Shown: positions 23,676-36,777 of the stretch, one piece after another
How the letters are laid out: the number at the start of each line of letters is the position of its first letter
Numbering within the stretch: the stretch's first letter is position 1
Assembly: GCA_008632985.1 (NCBI GenBank)
Contig: QPGO01000058.1
Span: 62,001 to 126,000 of the forward strand
DNA: 64,000 nucleotides
Reading direction: 5' to 3'
Source of the DNA: Psammoneis japonica
Taxonomy: Eukaryota
Program-made: the position numbers and the translations under genes
The notes under the pieces: generated by a model
What the model saw: only the letters and a program-made list of their open reading frames with translations
Told to the model about the DNA's origin: nothing
The model's database searches: none

Positions 23676-25406
23676 TTACTCTTCTCCTTCTTCCTGCTCT
23701 TCTTCCATTTCTTCTCGAGTCGTCAAATTGTTCAGATGGAGCACATATCCCTTTTTCTTGCCCGCAAAGAGCTTTCTCACTTGATCGGCCCGTAGTTTCT
23801 TGGTTTCACGGCACTTGAGTCCCAGGTGCCGGTACATGCGACAAATCTCCAAGGTCATCATGGAATTCATGTTATCGATATCATCCACCGTCATGCTCTC
23901 GGGGAGCTGAATATCCCGCGTGGTTTGAATGGGCGGCAGCTTGATGGCCTTGGGGTCCTCCACCATGGCGGCGCGGTTGGGAGACGGAGGCCGTTCGACC
24001 GCACGCTTCTTCGTCGCGGTCGCCTTTTTGACCGCCTTGGCGGACTTTTTGTTGCGCGGCTGCTTGACGGCAAGCACCTTTTTGGCCGTTGGCTTCTTGA
24101 TGGTTTGCACGCGCTGCTTCTTGTTCGATTTGGTGCTCCGGGACGACGAAATCTTGGAGATGACGGTTTCCACATAATTGTCGTCATTGCAAAGACGCCC
24201 GGCAGCTTCTTGAATGCGCTGTTTCTCCTCCTTGAGGTCGCGGCACTCGCGCTGGGTCGCCTTGAGTTCCTGTAAAAGCAAGAGTCGTTCGGATCGGAGC
24301 GATTGAATCTGGCTCCTCATGGCCTCGCCCGAGTTTTCGTCCTTTCGCGTGCTCTCGTAGAGCGCCTTGGAAAGGATGCGTTCCAGCATGCGAGCTTGAG
24401 CTCGGGCCTTTTCCAATTCCAACAAGGGGTCTTCGGGGTGGGCCGTGTGATTCGACTATATAGAGAGAGCGAAACAGTAAAAGTTAGGTTCACACAAAAA
24501 TCAGAAACAAAATCGTAGTTTGCCAATCAAATACACACCATTAGATCGACCTCGTGATGGTTGCTCGATTCAAATTCCTCAAAGAGCTGGTCGTCCGTCT
24601 TCAAATGAGCATCTTCCGGACGAAAGGGAGCAACGTCTGCCGTACCATCAAACAAGAGCGCGTCATGGTTTGCCGTAGGAGCAGCAGGTGCTGCTGCAGC
24701 ATGTTGCGTGTCGGTGCCTTGAGTACTCGTGCTCGCTGGAGGGATTGTCTTTTCCGACTACAATAGGAAAAACGAGACAACATGAGATTATAAAACCGTG
24801 CACGATTCAAAACAATGCTCGAGTCACACACAACAACACACACCATGAGTTCGCACTCCTCTTCGGTTTGCGGCTCAAAGTTTTCGAAATCATCCTTTCG
24901 ACGAGCAATCACGGGCGGACACGTGGGCGTGATTTGAACACATTCTTCCGTACCGTCCTCATTGCCACTGCTGGCGGTAATGTCACTTGTGGGAGAGCCG
25001 CTTCCGGGACGGGTCACCTACGTACAGACGAGTAGTATCAACGTTGAGATCTTGTAAGTCGCAGTACCAAAACGAACAATCAACATTGTTTGCATACCAT
25101 GAGTTCATCTTGATTGGTAGTAGGAGGCGTCACAAAGTCTTCATCAAAGAGTTGATCATCCTTTAAACGAGCCACGGCGGCACGAAACGGCGTGACGGCT
25201 TTTCGTGCATCAAAAATCAGTTCGGCAGCATTGCTCTCGGAACTCACAGCCGGGGTTACTTCGTCATGCTGCTGCTCTTCATCCATGTGCTTGCGCTTTT
25301 GACCACGCGTTGTAATAATCAAGGATGGCGATACTTCCGATGATTCCGCAGTAACGTTGGACGGTGACGACGACGACATCATGGCGGCAGTAGTATCCGA
25401 CGACAT
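23676..25406 (-). CDS. Hypothetical four-exon protein (exons 25406-25098, 25017-24844, 24757-24539, 24455-23676): acidic repeated exons, coiled coil, Lys-rich region
   Basis: Three phase-0 GT-AG introns give one continuous frame into ORF 23676-24425. Each of exons 1-3 ends in E/D-L-M|GT. Confidence 0.75.
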
Positions 25407-25802
25407 GGTGTGTGGGTTTGATCGAGTCTACTCTAAAAAAATCGGTTGTTTGTGTGGGGTGCCGGCCCGTTGGTGTCGTGTCTCGCGTTTTGAAAGCCCG
25501 CGCCAGCTTTGAATGGGCGAGCCGGCGCGCTGTTTTTGGCGGCAGTTTTGGTACTGATTCCACTTCTAATTCTACATACGAATTATCTTACGAGTGTTGT
25601 TGGTATTTGAACATTCATTTGAATTCCGCGTTCTGATTCAACGTGTCAACTTGTCTGTCCGTCTTGCGAAAAAGATCCGATAGCCGCCGATCCCGCGCGC
25701 GGCAGACGCGCATACCCAGCCGACAATCGACACGCGACGCAAGCGGCACAAGGCCATGGCGAAGTAAGTGCCGCTTATTCCGATCAACAAATCAACTGAC
25801 GC

Positions 25803-26913
25803 ATGATGAAGCACAATAACAGCGCAAGGACGCTCTTTATATCGATAGTATGCTACTTGATTCTGTCGTCATTTCACGTTTCAGCAACAAAGTTTTCTGC
25901 CACTGGCCCCATTTTGACTCTGACGCTCAAAGATCCCGACGACCATGCAAATTCAGAAGCTAGCAGCAAAACGAAAAAATGGGGTTTGAATTTGTCGGCA
26001 TTGCGTCCTTCTGCGCTATGGTCAATTCGATCACTCGACAAACCTCTACCAAAGTGGCTTCCATCGTTACGATATTGTCGTGGAACCGTCGGATATCGTT
26101 TTGAAGATTTCAAACAGGCACCCACCATGGTGGAAGGAGAAGCAAACTTTTTTGTAAATAGTGTTGGAGAATTGCATGTACAGCCAAGTGTGGATTTGAA
26201 ACGACGACGAATGAGCTTGCTCGTACATGCCGTACGGGGTGAATCGTATGGACTCATCAAAATTGCAACAAGAGGAAAACGAGTGAGTGAGGAAGGAAAA
26301 GGTGAATGTTATGTCGGGAGATTTTTTCATGTTTTCTTCTCAAACCGAGTTCTTCTTTTCTCTCTGTCTTTTCTTTAGTTTATTGAATTGATTCGAGCGT
26401 CATATCGAGCCAATTTGCCCTTTTCGTCCATGAGTGCTGTGAGGGTTACTCCCACGTTTGATTTTGTACAATCCAAACCGTCGTGTACCGTGGAAAGCAT
26501 AACCGGATCCGGACGCACCAAGGCGGTCCTGAGCCTGTCACTAGACAATCCCACGTTGGCTGTGGTTCATAATTTGGATCAACGGTATGTTTTCATTATC
26601 TGACGTGCATTGATACAGTTGCAAACGTTTCGTCTCACTCACGTTTCTCTTCGTCTTTGACTGTTTTCTGCTCAGAAACACAATTGCTCCGGAAATATCC
26701 TTACAGTCAGCCAAGATTGTCTATCTTTGGAACGTCGTTTTGGATTCGGGTTCGATTCGTACACGGGTCGATCCAACCTCGGATATTCACGTTACGTGGA
26801 CCGACAAGAGCGCCAACGGAAAGTGGGTTACTGACTTTAAATTGCCACTTTCCGGAACCACGGTGGGGGCGCTGGCCTCTCAAGTTCGTGTCCGACGGCA
26901 ATTTTCATTTTAA
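25803..26913 (+). CDS. Signal-peptide protein of probable all-beta architecture (exons 25803-26282, 26379-26584, 26676-26913)
   Basis: GT-AG introns 26283-26378 and 26585-26675 join the frames. Final exon RNTIAPEISL...KWVTDFKLPL...VRVRRQFSF*. Confidence 0.75.
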
Positions 26914-27099
26914 CAAAATGAGAAAAGGATGCCATGATGAAATGCAAAAACTTGTCTATATATCGAATACCGTTACTGCTTTTTAAAGATAAACGAGCAA
27001 GCTACAAATGATGATTAGTTTTTGTTTTGGAGGTTGTGTTCCACGAATAACCTTACACGGAATTGATTCAAATGCACTACTTACTCTCTAGCTAGAGGG

Positions 27100-29637
27100 A
27101 GCCTACCACAACGGTCATGTTTTTGTTCGCAACGACGAAACGTTGGGAGGCATCACTAAAATCAGGAGTGGTCTCATGTGCTGTTCCATCACATGATTGG
27201 CCTGCCTGCCTGCTGTCGGTGGTGTCCTGCCGGCAGTTCGAGGGTCGGAGGGAAGAGGACTTGTACGTAAATCTCCTCTCCAGAGGCACTTCTAGAGCTG
27301 CACAGCATGTTGTTGCACCTCCAAGCCCAATGCTTTGCCCTGGATTCTGAGCACATCAGAGAACACTGTTCAGATTTTCCAGCAGCTCCCCTTCCAAAAG
27401 CATGACAGAAAGGAGATTGTGCATGGACTGGAAAGTCCTTTCCATGCCTTTCACAACAATGGGGGTTTCTCGTTGCAATCCGCACAGTGCTTCATTGCAT
27501 GGTTGCTCCTCAGTCTTCCCAGATGAACCCTGATCTTGAAGAGTGCAAGCCAAGTTGCCCATTGAAACAAGAGGGTCAATGCGAGTGTCCCCCAGCAAGC
27601 TTGGGCATGATTGGATGAGCAGTTGGCAGAAGTGATTGGTGTCTTCACACATTGCCCCATGTCATGCAGGGGTGTTGTGCAGCCTTTGACTGGGTGTGGC
27701 AAGAAGCATGTCAGCCTCAGAGCTGTCACTGCTGTGACAGCCTTTGATTGCCTTGATGCAAAGCACGCACCAGCCCAGGCCAGCTTCTTCTGTTTTGCCT
27801 TCATCATGCAGGGTTGCAGCCAGATGCAAGTGCCCCATGTGGTGCAACAGCAACTCAGAGCTTGTGAGAAAGCTGTTTGCTCCACCAGAAAGATTGCTTC
27901 TAAAAACAAGTTGTCTCTTGTGGAAGATTTCAGATCCCATCCTGACAAGCCATGTCCACACAATGCAAAGGATGTGAGTGTTGACATGACGGACATCATG
28001 GCAGCCTCGCCTTTGTCCCCAAGTGTCTCACTCTGTGTGGAGAGGCACACATTTTTGGTTTTCTCAGGGCTGCACAATGTTGCCACCTTCTGTGTGCATC
28101 AGCTCAGGCAAGGGATCAACTGGCATTTTTAAAGCCTGATTTGGTGAGAGGAGATCCTCTTGGTCAACAACTGAACCATGCTCAGCTTCCATGAGCAGCA
28201 TCCCCAGCTTGGGCCAGCTTGTTGCCCTCCCCTTCTCCCTGTCCACCAAGGAGACTCAACATCAAGGTTGTGCATTTGATTTGATCAATCTGCTGTCAAA
28301 GGTCTTGTGGAAAGCCATCCTTGAGCTTCTTCATTCCTTCATCTTTCAGCTTCCCTTGGTCAGCACAGATGATGTCTGTCCATGAGTGTCGCCCTTTCCT
28401 CAAATTGCAGTGTGGCAATGTTTGCATTCAATGTCACACACACCAGTCCATCCACCTGTCCATCTGTTGGGGAGGTTGGAGGGAAGATTCGCAACTTCAA
28501 AAATTCAACAACAAAAACTTGCAACCATGAGAGTTGTGCAGTCATGATGCAACGAGCTTTGCTCTTTGAACACTGTCATTCTTTGTGGGGGTGCACCAAA
28601 CCCTCTGATGACACACATGGTTTGGTGCAGGGTGAACTGGACACAAACAACTAGAATGAAAGAAACAATGGAGAACGGCTTTGAAGTGCACAAAAAATTG
28701 TGATGAGATTCAGATTCAAACCAACAACATTCAGGGCTTTGCTTGCCCCATGCATCAATTGAAAGTGCCAAGGAACAAAGATGAAACACCACTGTTGTCT
28801 TTGACTTTGGGATCCACTCTTCTTCTTTGTCAGCAAGCAACTCTGTGGCTTTCCCATCAATCACAAGGCCCTTGCCAAAACCAGTGAGAATCTCCAACTG
28901 TTCATTCGACCCTTTTTCAAAGCATCCAAGAGCCAAGATCCAGATGACCAATGTGCATCAGACAAACATTGAAAGGTTGTGGAGGACTTTGTCAACAAAT
29001 GCCTTGTGGTGAACCCAAATGGCATTTCTTGTCCACACCCATTGAGAAGTGGGTGGTTTGGCTTGTTCATGCCTGTGTTGGCGGGCTGGCAGAGGAAGAA
29101 ATTTCTGTTTTTTCAAACTGGGTCTGCTGATGGAACCACCACCAAGCAATTTTGATGGTTCTCAAGCTTCTGACTGAGTCCATTGGCACCCTGACAACAA
29201 ACCAAAATGGTCTTTCATGTGTGATTTGAGTTGCTTCATGACAGAAGGTGCTGCGTTGTGTGCCTCTGCAACGATGCAGCCAGTGTTTCTGGCCATGTTC
29301 TCTGGCATGACATCCCAGGTGAAAGCAATCATTTCTTGATGCAGGAGTGAGTGACAAGCTTCTGAATGAGTTCATTGGTGCCCTGACAACCAATGAAAAG
29401 GTTTTTTCATTGGTGATTTGAGTTGCTTCCCAGAAAAAGGGGTGGCAGTGTGTGCTTCTGCAATGACACAGTGTTTCTGGCAGTGTTCTCTGGCATGCCC
29501 TCCCAGGTGAAAGGAACCACTTCTTGTTGCAGGAGTGAGTGAGAAGCTTCTGAGTGAGTCCATTGCTGCTCTGATGACAAATCAAAAGGGTTGTTTTGCA
29601 CTCAACAGCAGTGCTGCTTGGCTTTCATTGTGTCCTT
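27100..29637. mobile_element. Heavily hypermutated repeat relic, host of the Plavaka-like insertion
   Basis: TpA/CpG-depleted, and similar composition resumes at 37075-37270. The only hint of family is NVHQTNIERLWR (~28949-28985), weakly resembling the IS1595/Merlin H.N.IE..W motif. Confidence 0.4.
29165..29590. repeat. ~190-bp tandem repeat, about 2.3 copies
   Basis: Units begin aagcttctgaNtgagtYcattg at ~29165, ~29356 and ~29544, and share gtgatttgagttgcttc and tcccaggtgaaag. Confidence 0.8.
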
Positions 29638-31633
29638 CATCAGAGTGCACGACATCGTAATGTCTGCACACATGACAAAAATGTGTTGCCACATTGTAAA
29701 ATCTACTTGTCTGCACATGATGGTTTTTGTTATTTGGTTGATCATTGATCTCCTGCTGTTCTTCATGTTTGAACACAGATGCTTTTTAATTTTTGTGCTC
29801 AGCCTTTTTCACAACAACTGACGATCTTTAACGACAAGCCAAACATTGCAATTGCATGCAATGAAATTTTCATCATGCAAAGTGTGCACCAATCATTTGA
29901 TCAACAACTGTGCTCCAATTGGCCTGTTCGTCCACATCGTCCTCTTCATTCCATGTGTCTTGTCCGCTCTCTTGCAAGAATTTCAAACACACATGCCGCT
30001 GCCGCGTTGGATGTTTCCTCGTCACTCTTCCAAAAAAGCCACACTGCATTTCTTGCATTTGGGCGAACATCATCGAGAGGAAGAGGTCCCTCGAAATGCA
30101 GAATCGCATCGCTGCTCCCCTCTTGACGTCGTGTTGTCTGCTTCTTTTTCTCTTTCTTCATTTTTCCCATCCTGTTTTTCTCTTCCTTCTTCGTCTTGGC
30201 GCCACCTGTTTTCACCGTCTCCGGTGTCTTTCCATCCGAATCCTTCTTTTTCATTGATCCTGTTGCCGTCGCCTTCATCGTGTGTTGCTTTGTTTTGGAT
30301 CCATGTTTCTGACTTCTCTCCATGCCATCCCCATTTCCGAATGTTTCTTTGTGATTGTTCGCATGCGTCACTTGAAGGCACCCACGTGTTCTTCATGCAC
30401 CTTGACGCGTGTGTAGAAATCCATGTTGTTTTCCAGTGCATGAACCCTTTCTCCTGATGCTGTTCCGCACAACATTTTCTTCCATCAATTCTACACTCCG
30501 CATTGCCCTTTCCTGGTGCAATCTCACATGGGATTTCTCTGGGAGAAGTCACATGCGCGTCTGGTGGGTTTTTGTGTGTGAAACTCCAAATCCTGCCAGG
30601 CGCGCATGTGGCTTCTCCCATGCACCACTCTGGCATGTTTCCACAGAAACCAGAATTTTGTGACTGACGCACGACCAATCTGGTGAATGCAACGGCGGAC
30701 CCACGACCACAACAATCAGAGCATTAGAAGAAAACCATGTCAGATGAACTCCGTCTGTCCGCTGCTGAGGATTTTCGTTGCCGGATGATGGAGACAGTTG
30801 GTGGTTTTGTTCACGCTGATGCTGCTCGTTGTTCAGAGGAACAGAGAGCAAAGGATGCAAAGGCTGCTGTGTCAAGATCGGCAGAAGCAATGGCAGAAGC
30901 CCGTTGTGCCATTGTGGCTGCAACGACCGCACTTGACAGTGCTTTGTTAAATCAAGCAACAACCACTCGCGAATTTAAGCACATCTGTGCGCAGTTGATT
31001 AAGTCATCGATCGAGACACACTGTTCAGACAATGACTGTGTTGTTGCAGTGGAAAATTGCAGCAAAGCGGAAATGAGTCTCCAACGCTTTCTTCACGGCA
31101 ACGCATTTGTGACGCAAAAGAATTGGGGCTCCCAATCTCCGTTGCGGGACATCAAAAATCAGAATTGAGGCTGCACATGCTGCACAGCTGTGACTCGACG
31201 TTGCTTCTGAGAAGCCTCAGGGCAAATTCTGACACAGACGCCAACAGAGCAGTGGAGAGGGAGCAATCTGCAATTGACAGCATCAACAAATCCATCCACT
31301 GCCGTGCCGTGCCACTCCTTCGAAGGCGACATCTAACACAGCCGCTGCGCATCCTGAAGGCTGCAATCACGTTGCTCCACGGGGCCCTTGACGATTTGAG
31401 AAGGAAAGACGTTGCCTTGCAGCGACAGTGGCAAGCTTTGTATGATCTGTGGCCAGGCACAGATCAAATGCGGGGAGGGACATGGACCGCGATCCGGGCT
31501 GTGGACGAAGAAGCCATGGCAAGAGAAAGGGTCCTGCAGTTGGCATTGCAAATCGAGGCACAATTGGTGGCTGTCAACCAGCCTGACCACAGCGCCGACT
31601 TTCAGCAGGCGATTGTGGCTGCCAGGGAACATT

Positions 31634-34600
31634 TCATGGTGCAGGATGACCAAATGGACCATGCAAGTGGACACTGCATAGAATCTGTGAGGAAGCAATT
31701 GCTCTAAAAATGCACACACTGTGAGTGAATGACAGATTGATGCGCGTGTCCCATTTTAGAAACAAATCTGACCAACACTTCCTTCTGTCCTGTGTGGCCC
31801 AAACAAATGGGGCCTTTTCTTGCGCTTCTGCTGCTCCTGGACATTCTTCATAAACCAAAACATTGTCCCCAATTGCTTCGACAGGGACAACACGTAACTC
31901 AGGTGAGTGCTGAGTCTTCTCAGGCATTGAAAGCCAGTTGTTTCGTTTGTGATCAAGCTGCCAGCGACCAACCAAGTCTGCATGCTGACACCGTTGCCTC
32001 ACAGTTCTCTGGTCAGCTTGACAAGCAGTTGGATGGACAACTGCAAAAATCGATCCTGTGTCTTCCTGTTCGAAGAAACACAGCAAACGGGAGGGAAACT
32101 GTTGATCACCCTTTCGTGTGCCAAAGGTCACATGGGCAAAGTCACACCATGGTCCTTTGCTTTTGAAATCAGGGTGTGCACGGCATGTGTCCCTCCCGTT
32201 TGCATTGCAAAACTCTGTCTTACAAGTCAGGTGTGTATTTTCACTGTCTTCACCAACACAATCCTCCCACTTTTCCGACATGAAGTTTAGCAACACCGGA
32301 TGAACTTGGCAACGAGTGTGCTCACTGTTCCACTCAAACGTCACAGCGCCGATCCCTCGGTTGTGGGTGAGAGTGAACGCACTTCCTCCCAGCATGTGAT
32401 TGTCCATCCTGACTCTTGATGATTCCTTTTTCCCAGTTAGCAAAATCCAACTGTTAGCTGAAATTGCGGCATTGAGCCTCATTTGGTCCTCCACATGCGA
32501 CACGACCTGCTTCAGAAAACTGTCGAGGTTGCATTGTTGTGTGGCAGATGACGGCAGCTTGAAAAAGTCTTTCAAGAGACATTCCCCCAAGCCTGCATCA
32601 AAGTTCATCGCGTGTCGGTGACAACAAAGAAACACTGGGAGATGGAGTGTTTCATGAAGCTTTTGAAGCTTCCATCCGTGTCCTTCTGTTCGCGGGACGA
32701 ATTGCACCATCTGGTCAATGAGGAGACAGATTTTCTTGTTTATTTTCTGAACAGATGAACTGGGAGTCACGCTTGTGATGGGTGGATCGCCCAGCCTGTG
32801 CCATGCATGGAAGACAAGAAGGTCCTTGAGCAATTGAATGAATTGCCGGACGCTGCAGTTGAGTCTTTTTCCCTTGCATTTTTTCTTATTTTGGTTGTCG
32901 TCACCATCCTCAGCCTCACTCTCCTCTTTCTCATCCTCATTTTCATCCCAGTCACCCTCTTTGGACTCCTCCGACCTTTCATCGTCAGAGTCGTCCAAGT
33001 GCTCACTAGGTTGGCAGCAACCCTCAAAGTTCACTTTGGGCATGTTGCAATTCTCTGGAACAATGGGCTCGTCTGCGTCCTCGTCAAGGAAGCATGACTC
33101 ACATGCATTTCGTCCCTCGCTGGTCAACAGGAGAAGGTAGAAAACAAAAGCCATTCCAGCCCAGTGGTGAGAGTTGAGGAAGGCAAGCGATGTTGCTCCT
33201 CCTTTGAAGTTTGTTTGCAAAAAGGATGCTTTGCAAGTTGACCTGTGATTGCTGAAAATCCTTTCCACTGTGCTGTCCACCTCACTTGCGACCACAGGTG
33301 TCATGCTGTCTACAAATGAATTGATCACCCTTTTCAAGGTGCCGTTTTCAAAGAGATGCATCATGTCGCTTGCTGTCGCAAGGGTGACGCCGCATGGTTG
33401 TGCGCCAAAGTCTGCCTCAAAAAGACAGTTGGCAGGCACGTTGTGTTGCTTGAGGCAATGCAAGATGCCCAACCAGTGCTTCCTTTCTTGGTCTGATCTG
33501 TTGTCATCGTTGGCCTCAGTTTGCACTTGGTGAAGATCCAGTCCTCAGACAAACTCACATTCAATCCATGGGTCGTCCAGTTTGTTGAAGCCAGTCAGGC
33601 AAAAACGACAGCAACGTTGACGACAGTTGTGACCTCCGCATCGTCCGACGAAACAGTCACTGCTTTTTGCATCTCCTATGATGAGAACGATCAGTGGGAT
33701 TGCGTGGAGGCATCACATCTCATCCCCTCGTCGCACGCATGTTTTCATGCCTCCTTTTCTCATGACTTCCATAAGTGGCTCCAAAATGACATGCAAGCAA
33801 GTGTGGCAGTCTCTTGACGAGCGTCCCTTCTCTGCCTTGCGATTGTTTGAGAGATTCTTTGCCGCAGATGACGACATCTTTTCCAAATCCGGGAGATGAC
33901 CAATTGGTTTCCAGACACTCTTGTCCGACCATTTGTTGAAGGCAACATGCGCAGAGGTCATGATCACTGGTTCTCCGCAATGTGATCCCATCCCTTGTGT
34001 CCTGCCAGTCTTGTCGAGGTAAATGACATTGCACTCGAGAGAAATTGTTTCTCCAGGTCAGTCATCCGTTCTTTGTAACTGTGCCTGCACCACTCACCCG
34101 CCAAAAGGCACTTGTCATCCGGTCCCTTTGCTTTTCACCTCCCAAAAGGATTGTCTGGATCGGCCACATTCTCTCTGCTGCACCACAGGTGAGGATCGAG
34201 CAAAAACTGTTCCCAAACCTTTGTGAAATCCCATCTTGGTGCTGACACTCATTTTGGCAAACCAGTTTTGAAATTTTTTGTTTCTAGAGTGACAGGAATA
34301 GACTCGCTGGGTGGAGGAGGGAAATGCTTGGTTAAGGTGCGCATCAACTCTTTTCTCCTTGGCAGAACTGCACCAAGCTTGATGTTGCTGTTGCCAGTGT
34401 GCCTCTCAATGAAATCAACAATGCAGTCGTACAATTCCAGGGGAGCACCACGTGTGTCCATGAGCTTCTTGCACAACTCTACGCAAGCTCCATCAAGATT
34501 TGTCAAAGAGGGAGTAGAAGCCAAGGCCTCTTCTGCAGGAGCGTCATGCCTCCTCCCCAAACGTTGATCCTCATCGTCAATGTCCTCTTCCTCCTCCATT

Positions 34601-35028
34601 GTCATGTCCAACACTGCAGCAAAGGATTGACCACCACCAACATCCAAATCGTTCATTGCCAAAAGCTCAACTCCTTGCATGCTGTGGTTTGATGAAACAG
34701 AGGACATGTCGTCCATTCCGTGCGGTGCGTCATCCGGGGAGGGGAACAAGGGGCTGCTGCTCGGATCACTCGTTGAAGATCTTGGGAATCTGCTGCGAGT
34801 TGATTGCCTCGGATGGGATTTGTCATCATCAGAGGACAAAGAGGAAGAACTGCCGCTTTCTTTGGGTGGCCCCTCTGTTGTGGCAGGAATGTCGCTTTGA
34901 TCTGGGATTGGATCTTGGGTTTGCAACTCTTGTGCAACTGAGTGACACGTCGGTGAGTGTCTCCAATGGCAGGCCATTCGCAAAAAACTTTGGCCACAAC
35001 CGGGACAGAGAAGAGGGTTTCCGTCCAT
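31634..35028 (-). pseudogene. Plavaka-type transposase remnant
   Basis: N-terminal CPGCGQSF...HWRHSPTC, then GEPVIMT, WKPIGHLPDL, IIGDAKS, DMMHLFENG, GWKLQKLHETLHL, NFDAG.GE..LKDF.K and RAHPDFKSKGPWCDFAHV. Broken by stops and frameshifts. Confidence 0.75.
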
Positions 35029-35535
35029 TGTAAATCAGACAATGTTGACAGGGCCTTCATCAAGACTCATGCTCGTTGCCCTTGTCTTGTGGATGAGAAG
35101 GGAAAAAAGAACAACACACAAAAAATGCCGGGAAATTGGCAAACATTACATTGTCTTCCAGATTGGGATGATTCTTGTGGGTGTGACGTGTCTGCATTTT
35201 GATTGTTCATCTGGCATCCACAATGAACATTGCACTTTTTATTTGCTGTCAAAATGCAGGATGTCATCTCTGTTGAAACGCAATGACAGCCATGTCAAAA
35301 AGCAAGTTGGGCTGTTTGTTGTTGCACACAAATGTGTTTTCAAATTTCAATGTTGCTGACAACAATTTGTGCAATGTCACAGAGAAAAATGGAGTGCCTG
35401 GCTGTCTCAACACGACCCAAACGATGGCTGCACTGTCGAACAGTGCCACTCCTCTCATTGTTGCCGTGAAAAGATCAAGATGTCGTCTCCAGCACAACCG
35501 GCAAAAAGAGAAAGAAAAATGAGACTGTTGAGCCA

Positions 35536-36777
35536 ATGAGCCCAAGACTTCAGGCAGTGTTGAAGAGAACAGGTGCGCAGGCAGCGCATGGTGCATTGAA
35601 ATCAGAAGCAGAGAAGGTGGCTAGAAATGATCTCTTTCCACAGGTGAAGTTTCTCAGTCCATCAGAATTGGCAAGCAATGGGAGCGTCTCAATGTTTGTC
35701 AAGAAACGGATTGCTGGTGGCAACATGGACACTTCAAATTGGTCAGGAACTTGGGAGGAATGGGCAAAAAAGGCGGTAAAAAGGCAAATTGACAATCGCA
35801 GAAACACGGTGTGTTCAGCTGTTGGGGCGGAGGCAATGGCCCGCAAGTCAAGTGACCAATGTGTGTGATTAGAGAGTTGCATGTGTCTCACAAGAAGATG
35901 ACGGTGATGCTTTGTCTGTGTGGGCATTGTCACTGAGGAAGAGGGAAAGGAAAAAGAAAAGAAACTCAAGGCGGCAAACAGGAGGAAAAAGAGGAAAAAG
36001 TCAAGCCATGACAAGAATGAAGAGAATGACATCCCATTTGTGCTGACATGGGATCCGTTTAGCCTGGACACTGTCACTGGCGGCAAACGAAGGAACAAGC
36101 AGGCACGCAAGTGGTTCTGTGATCACATCCTGCCTCAAACCAAGCAAAAGCAGGCATGGAGCAGCACCGTCAAAACTGGGAACGCACAGGTCTCACAGTT
36201 GTTTACGGTCGGTGATGAAGCTTTGGTGCCATCAGCTGTGGAGAATTGTTGGCAGGTGTGGGCATGCAGGAACAAGGAGGAGGCGGTGGAAGAATTGGGT
36301 GAGGAAATGGAGCCCAAAGAAACAAGGCCTGCCCCTCGGCACACGAAGCCAAAGAAACAATGAGTGTCTTGGGGAGACGACGGAATCAATCGGTTCAACG
36401 ATTTGTGCAAAGAGGTGATGAAAGATGGAGACTCCAAGGAGGGCAAGGAGTTTGAAAAGTGGCATGCGGAGATCAAGAAAAGCGAGCACGAGAAGTCCGG
36501 AGAAGCAAAAAAGAAGAAAAAGAAAGCACCAACCGGCGACACGGATGAGGTGAAGGCAATGAACAGCCTGATGGTGGAGAGCAGCAGGGATGACAACAGT
36601 GATGACGATGAGCAGGAGGAAGGTGCAAAAGGCAAAATGGACGATGGAGGAGACGAGTCCGATGGAGACGAGTCCGATGATGATCGTCAGCTTGGTTTGA
36701 GAGAGTTGCAGCAAGAAAATGTGCGCACAGTTTACATGGCACTCGGTCATTGCACTGCAGACGTAACAAGGGATTGA
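35536..36777 (+). pseudogene. Accessory ORF of the Plavaka-like element, divergent from the transposase
   Basis: LFPQVKF...KAVKRQIDNRR, TVGDEAL...ENCWQVW and WGDDGINRFNDLCKEV resemble the accessory protein I associate with such elements. Acidic tail; internal stops. Confidence 0.6.

Noticed and set aside
28949..28985. Firm call of a Merlin/IS1595 transposase
   Set aside because: Only one short motif resembles the family; no DDE residues or TIRs could be identified.
29165..29590. Repeats here and at 46280-47400 as a CRISPR-like array
   Set aside because: Units are long degenerate tandem repeats without unique spacers; eukaryotic context and no cas genes.
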